Source: an uncultured Spirochaetota bacterium
GTDB lineage: Bacteria; Spirochaetota; Brevinematia; Brevinematales; JAOACQ01
Length of the DNA stretch: 64,000 bases
Direction: 5' to 3'
NCBI GenBank assembly: GCA_963783575.1
Contig: CAWAOD010000014.1
Coordinates: forward strand, 352,001-416,000
This document shows positions 53,443 through 64,000 of this stretch, one piece after another. The notes under the pieces are model-generated. The model was not told the DNA's origin. It was given only the letters and a program-made list of their open reading frames with translations, and did not search any database. The number at the start of each line of letters is the position of its first letter. The first letter of the stretch is position 1. The position numbers and the translations under genes were made by a program.

Positions 53443-53796
53443 TCATACCTTTTCCCTTATTACTTCAACACCTACACTCCTTGCAAACCTTAGAGCTGAC
53501 GGCTTCTCCACAAGAACCTTCACTGCAAGGACCCTCTCAAATTCCAGGCAGATTTCCGCGATTTTCCCGGCTAAAGCTTCAATTAAAAAATATTGTGAAG
53601 ATTCAGCAAAACTATAGATTCTCTTTTTAATTGCCCTGTAATCAACTGCATCGGCTATGTTATCCGTCGAACCGGCAATTTTGAGATCGGCCGAGATTGT
53701 AATATTAATAATGACATCCTGTTTATCGCGCCTTTCTTCTTCATTGATGCCGATTATGCATCTGACCAGCAGTTCTTTAATATAAATCTTATCCAA
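53443..53796 (-). CDS. folB: dihydroneopterin aldolase / triphosphate epimerase (FolB/FolX family)
   Basis: IIGINEEER..KQDV, VDY, LIEALA, KPSALRFARSVGV. Confidence 0.85.
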   Translation of the reverse strand: MDKIYIKELLVRCIIGINEEERRDKQDVIINITISADLKIAGSTDNIADAVDYRAIKKRIYSFAESSQYFLIEALAGKIAEICLEFERVLAVKVLVEKPSALRFARSVGVEVIREKV

Positions 53797-53800
53797 ATGT

Positions 53801-54532
53801 TCACTCCTTTAAACTCTTGCCCCCATCTACATAAATAACCTGCCCTGAAATAAAATCATTTTTAAGTAAAAAAATAACACTATCGGTTATATTATTCAAA
53901 TTACCATGCTTTTTTAATGGAATTGATGCTGCCAATTCATCCATGAAGGGTTCTCCTTCTTTTTGAGGCGGCAGGATTAATCCCGGGGCGATACCATTCA
54001 CCCTTATTTCCGGTGCGAATTCCAGTGCCATCACTCTTGTAAAAGATTCAAGGACCTGTTTGCTGATAATATATCCGGTATGCTTAAAATCGAATCCTTT
54101 AATCCTGGTATCAAGAAGATTTATAATGCAGCCCTTTTTAATTTTTTCTGTAAATGACCGTGAAAGGGAGAAAGGAACCCAGGCATTAATTATCAAATCT
54201 TCAATAAAACCTTCTCTTGTTAAATTCCATACTGTGCTTTCATTAAAAGTCGAGGCACTGTTAATTAAAAAATCAATGCCGCCGGACTTTTCAACAGCTA
54301 AATCGATAATATTTTCATATTCATCCTGATTTTTAAAATCCGCTTTTAAAAGCCAGGATTTAACAGAAAATTTATCAAGTTCAATCTTTAAATCCCGTGC
54401 CTCGCTTTCTGATTTTCGGTAGTGTATTATTATATTTACCCCTTCCGAAGCAAGGGAAAGGCAGACAGCACGGCCGATTCTTTTAGCACCCCCTGTAACC
54501 AGTGCGATTTTACCTGATAGTTTGTTATCCAT
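53801..54532 (-). CDS. pteridine reductase-type SDR (FolM/PTR1-like)
   Basis: TGGAKRIG, IHY..S, NSAS.F, YIISK, AP.IRVNGIAPG; in the fol operon. Confidence 0.8.
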   Translation of the reverse strand: MDNKLSGKIALVTGGAKRIGRAVCLSLASEGVNIIIHYRKSESEARDLKIELDKFSVKSWLLKADFKNQDEYENIIDLAVEKSGGIDFLINSASTFNESTVWNLTREGFIEDLIINAWVPFSLSRSFTEKIKKGCIINLLDTRIKGFDFKHTGYIISKQVLESFTRVMALEFAPEIRVNGIAPGLILPPQKEGEPFMDELAASIPLKKHGNLNNITDSVIFLLKNDFISGQVIYVDGGKSLKE

Positions 54533-54552
54533 ATTAATCCCATAATCTATAA

Positions 54553-55761
54553 TTAGAAAGGTATTGCGGTTTTCAATTCTTCAGGGTTTATTTTATTCTG
54601 CTTTTTGATTAATTCCCTGGCGGCTTCAATTTTATCCCATACATTACACAACATTACACCCTTAACAATGCCATCGCTTATATAATATATAATCCCGGTA
54701 TCGTTTTCCTTTTTCCAGACAGTTTGTATCTGGAGCTGTGAATTGATTTCACCGGCCGCCTCATAGCCGAAATCAAATAAATCCGAGAAAAAGTAAGGAA
54801 TTACATCAAATTTTATGCTCGCTCCCGCCATATTTCTCCCAGCCGCTTTACCCTGTTGAATTGAATTGTCCCAGTGTTCCAGGCGCATACGCTTATCAAG
54901 AAAAGCCATCATAAAATTAGTATTATCGCCTGCGGAAAAAATATCCGGATTAGAAGTACATAAATATTCATCAGCTATAATGCCGTTGCCGGTTTTTAAA
55001 CCGGCTTTTTCCGCAAGTACGGTATTCGGAGCAATCCCGATACCGGCTATAACGATGTCCGATCTTATTTCTTTTCCTTTCCCGGTTTTAGTAATAATCC
55101 GGCCATTCATTTTCTCAAAAGAAACAGGTACATCCCCATTTACAACTACAATCCCTTTTTCAATATAGAACTTTTGAACCGTCTTTCCGAGATTTTCAGG
55201 AAAAATCCTTTGAACGATATAATCTTCAGGGAAGATCATAGTAACATCAAGATTATTGATTTTAAGCGCTGCAGCGATTTCCGAGCCGATAAATCCTCCG
55301 CCGATAATAACCGCTTTTTTACCTGTAGATGCCAGCCCTCTTAAATTCTTATAGTCATCAAGGGTTCTGAAATATATTATTTCATCCAGATTGCCGCCCG
55401 GGATATTAAGTTTTCTCGGATTTCCGCCGGTTGCCAGAAGCAGTTTTTTATATCCGAAGTCATCGCCTTTATCCGTTGTTATAGTTTTTTTTATCGGATT
55501 GATTCCGGTAATTTCAGTCCCCAATAACAGATCAATATGTTGATTGTCATAATATACCTTATCATGAATAAAAATCTGCTCGACTGTTTTTTTTCCGAAC
55601 CACAATTTTTTTGAAAGATGCGGCCTGTCATAAGGCAAATCATTTTCCAAACCGGCAAGTAAGATCGGACCTCCGTGGTCAATCTCCCTGATTCCTTCAA
55701 TAGCCGAAGCCCCGGCTAGCCCTCCGCCGATAATCACATATTGAAAATTTTTTACAGCCAT
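54553..55761 (-). CDS. FAD-dependent NAD(P)H oxidoreductase (ferredoxin-reductase-like)
   Basis: GGGLAG, PYDRPHLSK, LLATG, GGGFIGSE, FSAGD, RLEHWDN, PYFFSD. Confidence 0.88.
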   Translation of the reverse strand: MAVKNFQYVIIGGGLAGASAIEGIREIDHGGPILLAGLENDLPYDRPHLSKKLWFGKKTVEQIFIHDKVYYDNQHIDLLLGTEITGINPIKKTITTDKGDDFGYKKLLLATGGNPRKLNIPGGNLDEIIYFRTLDDYKNLRGLASTGKKAVIIGGGFIGSEIAAALKINNLDVTMIFPEDYIVQRIFPENLGKTVQKFYIEKGIVVVNGDVPVSFEKMNGRIITKTGKGKEIRSDIVIAGIGIAPNTVLAEKAGLKTGNGIIADEYLCTSNPDIFSAGDNTNFMMAFLDKRMRLEHWDNSIQQGKAAGRNMAGASIKFDVIPYFFSDLFDFGYEAAGEINSQLQIQTVWKKENDTGIIYYISDGIVKGVMLCNVWDKIEAARELIKKQNKINPEELKTAIPF

Positions 55762-55980
55762 AAAAACCTCCCTATCTTTTCTAAATAAATTTACAGTTTC
55801 CGGATTCTGATTATTGAAAATTAATTATCAAATAAATGATAGTTAATAATACTTATTAATGTCAAGGCATATTCAAGATTATTATTATTTTCAGAAACAT
55901 TTGAAAAAATGTGAATATTTGATAAAGATCTGACATTATATTAATATTTAAATAGAATAATTTATTTTATGGAGATTTTG

Positions 55981-56337
55981 ATGAATAGATTTTTATTATC
56001 GATAAAATTTGTTGTAATATTTATTACAATTTTAATATATACCTCATGTCCGGTAACACCCAATGAAAATACTCCATTTGTTCAAAATTATGTTGATATA
56101 AGAAACAATACGTTTAATCCTTCAAGCCTTACTGTACCAATAAATACAACTGTTTACTGGACAAATAATGATTCAGCGCCGCATGATGTAATAAGCACTC
56201 TATCCGCTCCTTCTTTTGACTATCCTTCCCTTCAGCCAGGCACGGGGTGCAGCGTATTCTTCTCTAAAGCCGGTACAAACAGCTATCATAGTAATTCTCC
56301 AACTTATTTTACAGGTGTTATAATAGTAACGCAATGA
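55981..56337 (+). CDS. cupredoxin-fold lipoprotein lacking most type-1 copper ligands
   Basis: YTSC lipobox; F.PSSLTV..NTTV.WTN.D.APH.V; C-terminal SYHSNSPTYFTG instead of YxCxxHxxMxG. Confidence 0.65.
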   Translation: MNRFLLSIKFVVIFITILIYTSCPVTPNENTPFVQNYVDIRNNTFNPSSLTVPINTTVYWTNNDSAPHDVISTLSAPSFDYPSLQPGTGCSVFFSKAGTNSYHSNSPTYFTGVIIVTQ

Positions 56338-56471
56338 TATTTTATTTTCTAATATCCCTTCATCGAATGCGCAATTTCCTTAACTAAAATCCCGGGAATT
56401 TATCCGGGAAGATGAAAAATATTATCCGAAAATAAATATAGTGCAAAATAAAAAACGGTTTATAAAATATA

Positions 56472-56497
56472 AAACGGGACGGCAAACCATCCCGTTT
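56472..56497 (-). terminator. intrinsic terminator after the porin-like gene
   Basis: AAACGGGACGG-CAAA-CCATCCCGTTT hairpin with a U-tract on the minus strand. Confidence 0.7.
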
Positions 56498-56543
56498 GAT
56501 TGTTAACTATTAAAAAGGATTTTCTTCTTAATCAACCTACAAG

Positions 56544-57824
56544 CTACTGCCAGATTGTAAAGTTGATCTTATAATCAAGCTGGACATAAAAATTGATATA
56601 ACCGTCATTTTTCGCACCTGGAGCCATTGTAACTTCATAGAACGGCTTGATCTGTAGATTCGGAGTAGGCGAAATATTTAAACCGAGAAATAGATTGGAG
56701 TATTTAACAGCCGTTGCTGAAGAAACATTTGTAGCCTGTGCCTGGTCATTCTCATTAACTATATCATACCTTATATAAGGAGTAACGGTATTATCCAGCA
56801 ATCCATAACCCAGCATTACTGATACAACAGAACCATTCCATACATTGTTTGTGCTGGCGACAGAGTTATCTGCATTTCTGAGTGAAACGCTCTGGTTTTC
56901 TCCAATATACTGAAAGAGGAAATCCACGGGTATTTTTAAATCACCGATTGCTATATTTTTTGCGGCAAGCAGGATGTCATAAGAAGCCTGAGTATTGGTG
57001 GTAGTATTTGTTACACTGCTGCTAAGCATCTTAACGACAGGATTCATACGGTAAGTAGCTCCTACTGAAACTCCCTGAATAGGCATAATATAAGCAGCTC
57101 CCTGAAGGGCGAGATTATTCGCCTGGTTGTCGGAAGCGTCAACTACCAATGTATCATAACCTTCTCCGTTCAAAACCTCGAGATAATATTTCACAAGACC
57201 GTTGGGATTGTCATCAGTGGATAAAAATTTCCCCGAAAACATAAAACCGTAGTCTGCCGATGCGCTTGGTTTAACATTGCCGTACATTTCCGTAGCATCC
57301 TTGACAGGTATCGGGTACTGCCAATCCGCTATATTACCGAAATATGACTTAATCAAACCGCCCGAGAAAACAACTTCATTTTTTAAGCCTAATGCGGTCA
57401 GAAAAGCATAATCAATGTAAGCGAATTTGATCGGTGTAGCCACAGGAACCGGAGTTAATGCAGTGGTTGAGGTTGATGTTGATGCGGCATTTGTTTTAAT
57501 CGTACCGTCGCTATTTGTTGAAACGGTTGTTTTTGTAGTTGTAGTAGTAGCAGCACTTACTTTATTGAACTGGTCTTTCGCCAGATCAAATGTGAATCTT
57601 GCTTTAAGACCATTGCCAAACCAGTCTTTACCTATGTCACCCTGGACAGTCACATAAAACCTTGAAATTTGAAACGCGCCGCCGTCTTCAACTGGATAGT
57701 TCGGGTAGTTTGTAGTAATAGTTTGATTATAATCCGCCCAGCCCTGAAGTTCCAGCGTTACAGACGAAAATGCGGAAACACCGCAGACCAAACAGATTAA
57801 AAGTACCAGAAACATTCTTTTCAT
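56544..57824 (-). CDS. outer-membrane beta-barrel / porin-like protein
   Basis: Signal peptide, FQISRFYVTV, IKFAYIDY, VLNGEG, PYIRYD and amphipathic strands; Thr-rich loops. GGAGG SD before ATG 57824. Confidence 0.6.
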   Translation of the reverse strand: MKRMFLVLLICLVCGVSAFSSVTLELQGWADYNQTITTNYPNYPVEDGGAFQISRFYVTVQGDIGKDWFGNGLKARFTFDLAKDQFNKVSAATTTTTKTTVSTNSDGTIKTNAASTSTSTTALTPVPVATPIKFAYIDYAFLTALGLKNEVVFSGGLIKSYFGNIADWQYPIPVKDATEMYGNVKPSASADYGFMFSGKFLSTDDNPNGLVKYYLEVLNGEGYDTLVVDASDNQANNLALQGAAYIMPIQGVSVGATYRMNPVVKMLSSSVTNTTTNTQASYDILLAAKNIAIGDLKIPVDFLFQYIGENQSVSLRNADNSVASTNNVWNGSVVSVMLGYGLLDNTVTPYIRYDIVNENDQAQATNVSSATAVKYSNLFLGLNISPTPNLQIKPFYEVTMAPGAKNDGYINFYVQLDYKINFTIWQ

Positions 57825-58044
57825 GATATCCCTCCAAAAATTTCTTTTAAATGCCAATACCTATTTTTTGGCAATAGTATTCTAAACAAGTTTTATTAGG
57901 TTATAATGAAATAATTGTTAATTTTTTGTTTATTTTGAAATCAGGTTTGATTTTATTTTATGTACTCTTTAAAATAGAAATATTGTAGAATTTCTATATT
58001 ATTATTACAATGTTTTGGTCTAAAAAAATTAATGGAGGGGCATA

Positions 58045-58614
58045 ATGACAAAACAAAATCCTTCTATCGGATGCTGCGGGTTGGATTGCGGACTTTGCCC
58101 CAGATACTATACCGAAGGGTCCTCAAGGTGCCCCGGATGTTGCGGTCCGGAGTTTTTCTCTAAGCATCCGTCATGTTCCATTGTTACCTGCTGCTTAAAA
58201 AAAAATAATTTTGAAACATGTTCAAATTGTGCCGGATTTCCTTGTAATAAATATTCAAAAGAAACTATCGAATTTGATTCCTTTATAACTCACAGGAATT
58301 TATTGAAAAACCTGAATCTTATCAAAGCATCGGGATTGCAGGAATTTATTGATAAGCAAAAAGAAAGAATCAGACTTCTTCAAATAATGCTTGAAAACTA
58401 TGATGATGGGAAATCAAAAAGTTTTTATTGCCTATCCTGTACATTGATCTCAATATCCGGTTTAACCCAGGCAATCAAATTTAGTGAAAAAAAAATAAAA
58501 ATTAATATAATCCAAACCGATAACATTAAACAAAAAGCTGAAATTTTAAGAAATTATTTAAATATTGCCGCAAAAGAAGAAAAAGTAGAGTTAAAGTTAA
58601 GAAAGAAATTATAA
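58045..58614 (+). CDS. DUF3795 family Cys-rich protein
   Basis: CCGLDCGLCP, CPGC, CSIVTCC, CSNCAGFPC. Confidence 0.75.
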   Translation: MTKQNPSIGCCGLDCGLCPRYYTEGSSRCPGCCGPEFFSKHPSCSIVTCCLKKNNFETCSNCAGFPCNKYSKETIEFDSFITHRNLLKNLNLIKASGLQEFIDKQKERIRLLQIMLENYDDGKSKSFYCLSCTLISISGLTQAIKFSEKKIKINIIQTDNIKQKAEILRNYLNIAAKEEKVELKLRKKL

Positions 58615-58756
58615 TATCAAAGAATGAGATAAAACAAACCATATTTCTTCATCTGCCGGAAAATTTGCCCTGCAAATAAAATTTTGACAACCCATAATAG
58701 TATGAAAAAGAAAAGTAAGTTATAATATCTATCATTTAATAATAAGGCGGATTTTT

Positions 58757-61261
58757 ATGAGTGAAATTAAAGAAGTCAACAATGATATGGTAAATGAAAT
58801 AAAGAATTCATTTCTATGGCACCGTAAATCTTCGCTTGCAAAAGACGAATATACAGCGACAGCGCATGATAATTATCTTACACTGGCTCTTACAGTTCGT
58901 GATATGCTGATAGACGGCTGGATTCAAACCCAACAGAAATACTATGATATAGATGCAAAACGAATCTATTATCTATCATTGGAATTTCTTATAGGCAGAA
59001 CCCTCGGCAACAGTATGATAAATCTTGGTATATTTAACGAATGCGAAACCGCTATGAAGGAGCTTGGGATCGATCTTGACGGGCTCCGCGATGAGGAGAA
59101 AGACGCGGGACTCGGCAACGGAGGTCTTGGAAGGCTTGCCGCATGTTTTCTGGACTCGATGGCAACCCTGGGTTATCCTGGTTATGGCTATGGCATTCGC
59201 TATGATTACGGTATTTTCAATCAAAAGATTAAAAACGGTTACCAGGTTGAGGAACCTGATGACTGGCTTAAACTCGGCGATCCATGGGAAATAGAAAGAC
59301 CGGAGTTTGAACTGCGTGTCCATTTTTATGGAAATGTCCGTTCGGAAAGCGGTCCGAAAGGTAAAATAATCTACCACTGGGAGAATACACAGGATGTTTT
59401 TGCAATTCCTTACGATATTCCGATTCCCGGTTATAATAACAATACCGTTAATACCTTAAGGCTCTGGGTGGCGCGTTCGGTCAATGAATTCGATTTCGGC
59501 GATTTTAATGCAGGAAATTATATTGATGCGGTGGAAGACAAAAATATTTCCGAAAACATATCTAAAGTTCTTTATCCAAACGATAGCAGCGTCGCGGGTA
59601 AAATCCTGCGTTTAAAGCAGCAGTATTTATTTGTAGCCGCCTCCATCTGGGATATTTTCCGCAGATATAACAAATATCATAAAGATTTCAAAGAATTTCC
59701 GGAAAAAGTCGCCATTCAATTGAACGATACTCACCCGGCAATAGCTATCGCTGAATTGATGCGTCTTCTGATCGATGAATATGGTGTTGAATGGAAAGAA
59801 GCCTGGCGAATTACAGTTAATACCTTTGCTTACACGAATCATACTCTTATGCCCGAAGCTCTTGAAAAATGGCCTGTCAGTATGATCGAGAAGCTTCTGC
59901 CAAGGCATATGCAGATAATATACCAGATGAACCTGGAATTTTTGCAGGAAGTACAGAGACATTATCCGGGTGATCTGGACAGGATGAGAAGGATGTCGCT
60001 GATAGATGAATCCGGGGAGCGTTATGTTAGAATGGCATTTCTTGCAATTATCGGCAGCCATTCCGTAAACGGAGTAGCAGAATTACATACTAAGTTACTA
60101 AAACAAAATCTGTTAAAAGATTTTTACGGTATGTATCCGGATAAATTCAATAATAAAACCAACGGCATAACTCAGCGCCGGTGGCTTTTGAAATCCAATC
60201 CCGGCCTTTCAAGGCTTATTAACGAAACAATCGGTAATAAGTGGATAACAGATCTTTATGAATTGAAAAAACTTGAAAAATATGCTGACGACCCCGGATT
60301 TCAAAAAAAATGGCAGGGGGCAAAAAAAGAGAATAAAAAAAGACTTGCAAAGGAAATAGAAAAAGAAACAGGAATTATAGTCAATATTGATTCTATTTTT
60401 GACGTTCAGGTTAAAAGACTCCATGAATACAAAAGACAGCTTTTAAATGTTTTAAATATAATAAGCCAGTATTACTGGATTAAAGATAATCCGAAAAGCA
60501 TTTTTGTACCCAGGACATACATTTTCGGCGCAAAAGCGGCTCCTGGCTACCAGATGGCAAAACTGATAATTAAACTTATAAACAATGTAGGTAATGTCAT
60601 AAATTATGACCTGGATATCGGCGATAAAATTAAGGTCATATTTTTACCAAACTACAGGGTTTCTCTTGCGGAAATAATTTTTCCGGCTTCCGATCTATCG
60701 GAACAGATATCTACGGCTGGAACCGAAGCAAGCGGGACAGGCAATATGAAGTTCGCACTAAACGGGGCTCTTACAATCGGAACGCTCGATGGCGCTAATG
60801 TCGAGATAGCTGAGGAAGTGGGAATGAATAATATTTTCATCTTCGGTCTTAAAGTTGAAGAAGTTGAAGAAATTAGGCTTAAAGGTTATAACCCGGGATA
60901 TTTCTATCAGAACAATAAAAGTCTTAAATTAGTTATTGATCGAATAGCATCAGGTTATTTTTCACTCGGCGAGGACCCTAATCTTTTCAAACCAATTGTC
61001 GATATGTTATTAAATTACGACTATTATCTAAATATGGCCGATTTCGAATCTTATACCGGCTGCCAGAAGAAAGTATCTGAAGAATTCAATAATGAAAAAG
61101 CATGGACAAGAAAATCAATTTTAAATGTTGCCAGAATCGGTAAATTTTCAAGCGACCGTACAATTAAACAATATGCCGAAGAAATCTGGAAGGCAAAACC
61201 TGCCGATATCAATATCGCCGAATCAAAAATAAAATTCTGTACAGATAATGAGAAACATTAA
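58757..61261 (+). CDS. glgP: glycogen/starch phosphorylase
   Basis: [43 protein letters not shown] (PLP Lys). Confidence 0.97.
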   Translation: MSEIKEVNNDMVNEIKNSFLWHRKSSLAKDEYTATAHDNYLTLALTVRDMLIDGWIQTQQKYYDIDAKRIYYLSLEFLIGRTLGNSMINLGIFNECETAMKELGIDLDGLRDEEKDAGLGNGGLGRLAACFLDSMATLGYPGYGYGIRYDYGIFNQKIKNGYQVEEPDDWLKLGDPWEIERPEFELRVHFYGNVRSESGPKGKIIYHWENTQDVFAIPYDIPIPGYNNNTVNTLRLWVARSVNEFDFGDFNAGNYIDAVEDKNISENISKVLYPNDSSVAGKILRLKQQYLFVAASIWDIFRRYNKYHKDFKEFPEKVAIQLNDTHPAIAIAELMRLLIDEYGVEWKEAWRITVNTFAYTNHTLMPEALEKWPVSMIEKLLPRHMQIIYQMNLEFLQEVQRHYPGDLDRMRRMSLIDESGERYVRMAFLAIIGSHSVNGVAELHTKLLKQNLLKDFYGMYPDKFNNKTNGITQRRWLLKSNPGLSRLINETIGNKWITDLYELKKLEKYADDPGFQKKWQGAKKENKKRLAKEIEKETGIIVNIDSIFDVQVKRLHEYKRQLLNVLNIISQYYWIKDNPKSIFVPRTYIFGAKAAPGYQMAKLIIKLINNVGNVINYDLDIGDKIKVIFLPNYRVSLAEIIFPASDLSEQISTAGTEASGTGNMKFALNGALTIGTLDGANVEIAEEVGMNNIFIFGLKVEEVEEIRLKGYNPGYFYQNNKSLKLVIDRIASGYFSLGEDPNLFKPIVDMLLNYDYYLNMADFESYTGCQKKVSEEFNNEKAWTRKSILNVARIGKFSSDRTIKQYAEEIWKAKPADINIAESKIKFCTDNEKH

Positions 61262-61364
61262 AAATAATTATTTAAACTGAACAATTCGTTTATTTTTATT
61301 ATCTTTTGCAATATCCTTGCAGATAAGCTAAAATTTATATGATAGTAAAGTACTATTTTAGGAG

Positions 61365-62003
61365 ATGATTATGAGATCTGGTTTTATTTTTAGCGGATTC
61401 TTCTGGGGACTGCTTCTAATATTCTTTGGCGTATGTGTTCTTCTAAAGGCATTTTTAAACATAGATATCCCTTTACTTCAGTTGTTCTTATCTTTTCTAT
61501 TTATTTACATCGGTCTAAGGATAATTTTCGGTGGATTCTTCTGGAGAGGGCATTTCGGCCCTTCACATATCGGGCATCAGACATTATACTATGATCCTGA
61601 AAGTAAAAATAATGAATTCAGTATTTCTTTCGGCAGCGGTTTGATTGACCTGAGTAATGTATCTCTTGAAAAAGAAACTGTCGATATAAAAGTTAGTTCG
61701 TCTTTCTCGGGCTGCTGTGTTCTTTTAAACCCTGATTCACCTGCTATTATTAAAGTTAATTCTTCTTTCGGCGGTGCAACTTTCCCAGATGGAAACTGTT
61801 TAAGCTTCGGTAACACTACTTATAAAACAAAAAATTTCAGTAAAGATTCAAATCATCTAAGTATAGAGGCGAGTGTTTCTTTCGGCAGTTTGAGATTTGT
61901 AACTTCAAAAGATGACGCTGACAGCTTCTGTAATATGGACGGCAGGGATTGGAAGAGTGAAAAAAGATACTGGAGAAGATACCGTAAATGGCACAATCAT
62001 TGA
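61365..62003 (+). CDS. LiaF-like membrane protein
   Basis: FWG.LLI.FG N-terminal TMs; SFG...IDL...SFG repeats in the C-terminal domain. Confidence 0.55.
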   Translation: MIMRSGFIFSGFFWGLLLIFFGVCVLLKAFLNIDIPLLQLFLSFLFIYIGLRIIFGGFFWRGHFGPSHIGHQTLYYDPESKNNEFSISFGSGLIDLSNVSLEKETVDIKVSSSFSGCCVLLNPDSPAIIKVNSSFGGATFPDGNCLSFGNTTYKTKNFSKDSNHLSIEASVSFGSLRFVTSKDDADSFCNMDGRDWKSEKRYWRRYRKWHNH

Positions 62004-62024
62004 AGGAGTTGACTTAAGAAGGTT

Positions 62025-62399
62025 ATGAATCAGGATTTTAAAAAATTCATCTGTATCAGATGCCCGAGGGGATGTGAAATTAAAACAACTCTCGACGGAT
62101 ATGGAAATTTAACTGAAATTACAGGCAATGTTTGCCGTCTTGGACTTGAGTATGTAAAAGAAGAATTATCCGATCCCAGGCGTATTCTTACAACAACAGT
62201 CCGTGTTAAGAATGGTATTCGCCCGCTTGTACCTGTCTGGACTGAAAATTCTATCCCAAAAGACAAAATAATACCTTTGGCTGATTTATTAAGAAAAGTT
62301 ATAGTAGAAGCCCCTGTTCAAACCGGCCAGATTATTTTACAGAATGCTCTTGATCTTGGAGTAAATGTTATAGCGAGCGGATCAAACCCAAGAAGTTAG
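62025..62399 (+). CDS. DUF1667 family protein
   Basis: CIRCPRGC, GN.C..G..Y...E..DPRRILTTTV. Confidence 0.8.
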   Translation: MNQDFKKFICIRCPRGCEIKTTLDGYGNLTEITGNVCRLGLEYVKEELSDPRRILTTTVRVKNGIRPLVPVWTENSIPKDKIIPLADLLRKVIVEAPVQTGQIILQNALDLGVNVIASGSNPRS

Positions 62400-62428
62400 T
62401 ATTAATCAAACAAAATTAAATTAACTTT

Positions 62429-62959
62429 TCATTTTCTGCTTAATTTTAGAAACGGAAAAATCATCGGCACTTTTCGTTTGTATTCAATAAATTCATTTCC
62501 GAAGTCTTTATAGAGTCTTTTTTCCTCTGTCTGCTTAAGATAAAAAACAACCAGGAATAAAAATACAATCAATGCGGTAAAGCAGGCTAATGAATCAAGA
62601 TATAAGGATATTGAAAAATAGAAAAAGAATGCTCCGAATACCATGGGGTTGCGGGACAGTTTGTATGGCCCTGTGATTACAAGTTTTTTAGTTCGTGGGG
62701 TTACAGCTATACCGAAACCGTCAGTTGGTCCTCCTTTTCCTATAATAAACAAAGCGAAATTTGACCAGAGAAAAAAAACTGCACCGATTGCTAATAAAGG
62801 AATTGCTATTATCAATCGTATAGTAAAATTATTAATGATTTGAATATTTAGCATCGGATCTACCGCACCTGACAATTTAAATAAAAGAAAAGGAATCAAC
62901 AATACAAAAATAAAAATACCGATTATATAACCTATCAAATACTTCAGAAAATTTTTCAT
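62429..62959 (-). CDS. isoprenylcysteine carboxylmethyltransferase / PEMT family membrane protein
   Basis: LVITGPY..SRNPM, EE..L...FG..F.EY...VP. Confidence 0.8.
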   Translation of the reverse strand: MKNFLKYLIGYIIGIFIFVLLIPFLLFKLSGAVDPMLNIQIINNFTIRLIIAIPLLAIGAVFFLWSNFALFIIGKGGPTDGFGIAVTPRTKKLVITGPYKLSRNPMVFGAFFFYFSISLYLDSLACFTALIVFLFLVVFYLKQTEEKRLYKDFGNEFIEYKRKVPMIFPFLKLSRK

Positions 62960-62978
62960 AATAATAATCCTCCCCGGA

Positions 62979-63320
62979 TTACTCAAGATTTAAAACCAAT
63001 TTAATCCCATTTTCCACTTTTTTCATTGTGCTCCTTTTTACAGAGCCGGCACAATCCGTAAAAAATTTTTTGTCCAATGTGATAATTTGAGAAATATTAA
63101 TAACCGAATCTATCGGTAAATTGGATTCATTAGATTTGATTAAAACATTGCCGGGTGCTTCCGATATTTTTAAATTTGAATTAATAATAATACAAATAAT
63201 AGTATTTATTTTACTCCGGTTAAAATGATCCGATTGGATAATTAAAACCGGCCTTCTATAACCGGGTTCTGAACTTTCATGATCAGGTAAATCAGCCCAC
63301 CAGATTTCTCCACGGGTCAT
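62979..63320 (-). CDS. PemK/MazF-family toxin (ChpK-like)
   Basis: MTRGEIWWADL..SEPGYRRPVLIIQ.D.FN, APGNV, DSVINISQI.TLDK; ATG overlaps the antitoxin stop (TAATG). Confidence 0.9.
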   Translation of the reverse strand: MTRGEIWWADLPDHESSEPGYRRPVLIIQSDHFNRSKINTIICIIINSNLKISEAPGNVLIKSNESNLPIDSVINISQIITLDKKFFTDCAGSVKRSTMKKVENGIKLVLNLE

Positions 63321-63555
63321 TACCATTCTTCCTTTTCAAGCGATTTTAACTGGGTTTTTAATATTGGTTTTTCAATTAAACTCTGTCCATTGGAATAAAC
63401 CTGATTTAATTTTTCTGTTATTTCATTCGATTCATGGTATTTAATATATTCTTCAATAGCATCGGATATAAATTTACTTCTTGAAATTCCCTTTTTGAAA
63501 TATAATATGACAGAGATTTAAAAAGCTGATCGGGTATTGAAATTGCCGTTTTCAT
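63320..63555 (-). CDS. ribbon-helix-helix antitoxin (ChpI-like), one frameshift at 63492-63496
   Basis: MKTAISIPDQLFKS...; adding one A to the A5 run gives ...KKGISRSKFISDAIEEYI...ITEKLNQVY...EEW*. Confidence 0.8.
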
Positions 63556-63561
63556 ATGAGT

Positions 63562-63590
63562 AGTATAACTATTGATATACCATAAATCAA
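63562..63590 (-). promoter_or_regulatory. toxin-antitoxin promoter with overlapping inverted-repeat operator
   Basis: Minus strand TTGATT, 17 nt, TATACT, then ATG 6 nt later; imperfect palindrome GTATAAC-N4-GATATAC at 63563-63580. Confidence 0.55.
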
Positions 63591-64000
63591 TTTTTTGTGA
63601 TAGTCTGTCATCAGCATTTTTTCAAAATCTATTTGGTTTGTTTTTATATTATTTAGTGCTTGAACGGAAATTCAAATTTTACCACAGATACGAAGACACC
63701 GGGTTTTAGATATTAAGTATTTTTATTTAGTAGCCAAGAATTTCATGGCTTCCTACCTTCTTTGTGAAATACACAAATATCCCCGATTAAATATTAATTT
63801 ATAAGTTGAAAAAACATTACGCAAAAACCAGAAAACCTTAATTTTAAATTTTCATATCTCAAAATGACATTTCCAATAAAACCGGTTATAATATTTCCCT
63901 GTTTATTACCGATTTATTTTAAAAAAAAATTTGTAAATATTAAGCAGTATAAATTCGTTATCTACAGAACAAACATTTTTTGTTTTTAGCCACTAATTTC

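Noticed and set aside
56471..56500. c-di-GMP-I riboswitch (GGCAAACC)
   Set aside because: A single hairpin between convergent genes, lacking the second stem; it fits a terminator better.
57460..57560. Thr-rich GTA/GTT tract as a tandem repeat element
   Set aside because: Low-complexity coding loop in the porin-like gene with mixed codons.

Overview
AT-rich bacterial chromosomal segment, most likely from a free-living anaerobic spirochaete (tamB-bamA-skp order, ChpI/ChpK-like toxin-antitoxin pair, TPR-NHL-vWA protein, V/A-type ATPase). It contains eda (5' truncated), two orphan PAS histidine kinases, a YmdB-like phosphoesterase, an AfsA-hotdog/PilZ fusion, a GH13 protein, ruvA, ilvB with an attenuator, and an envelope operon (tamB-bamA-skp-lapA-radA). 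A 12-gene group 4 [NiFe]-hydrogenase operon converges on a V/A-ATPase operon that carries a USP gene and a CofE-like gene. A pterin operon, a porin-like protein, glgP and a ChpIK-type module follow. No tRNA, rRNA, CRISPR array, integrase or transposase was recognised. Six genes carry single-base frameshifts that look like sequencing errors. Main leads: (1) the AfsA-PilZ gene beside a 7TM sensor kinase, a candidate signal synthase/receptor pair; (2) a low-GC 2 kb island in which each of two orphan genes is followed by a copy of a ~255-nt structured repeat; (3) two tandem VVVT leader peptides before ilvB; (4) Thr-Asn enrichment in exported proteins, a possible modification sequon; (5) a 6S-like RNA candidate at 626-805. 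All calls come from reading motifs by eye; no searches were run.
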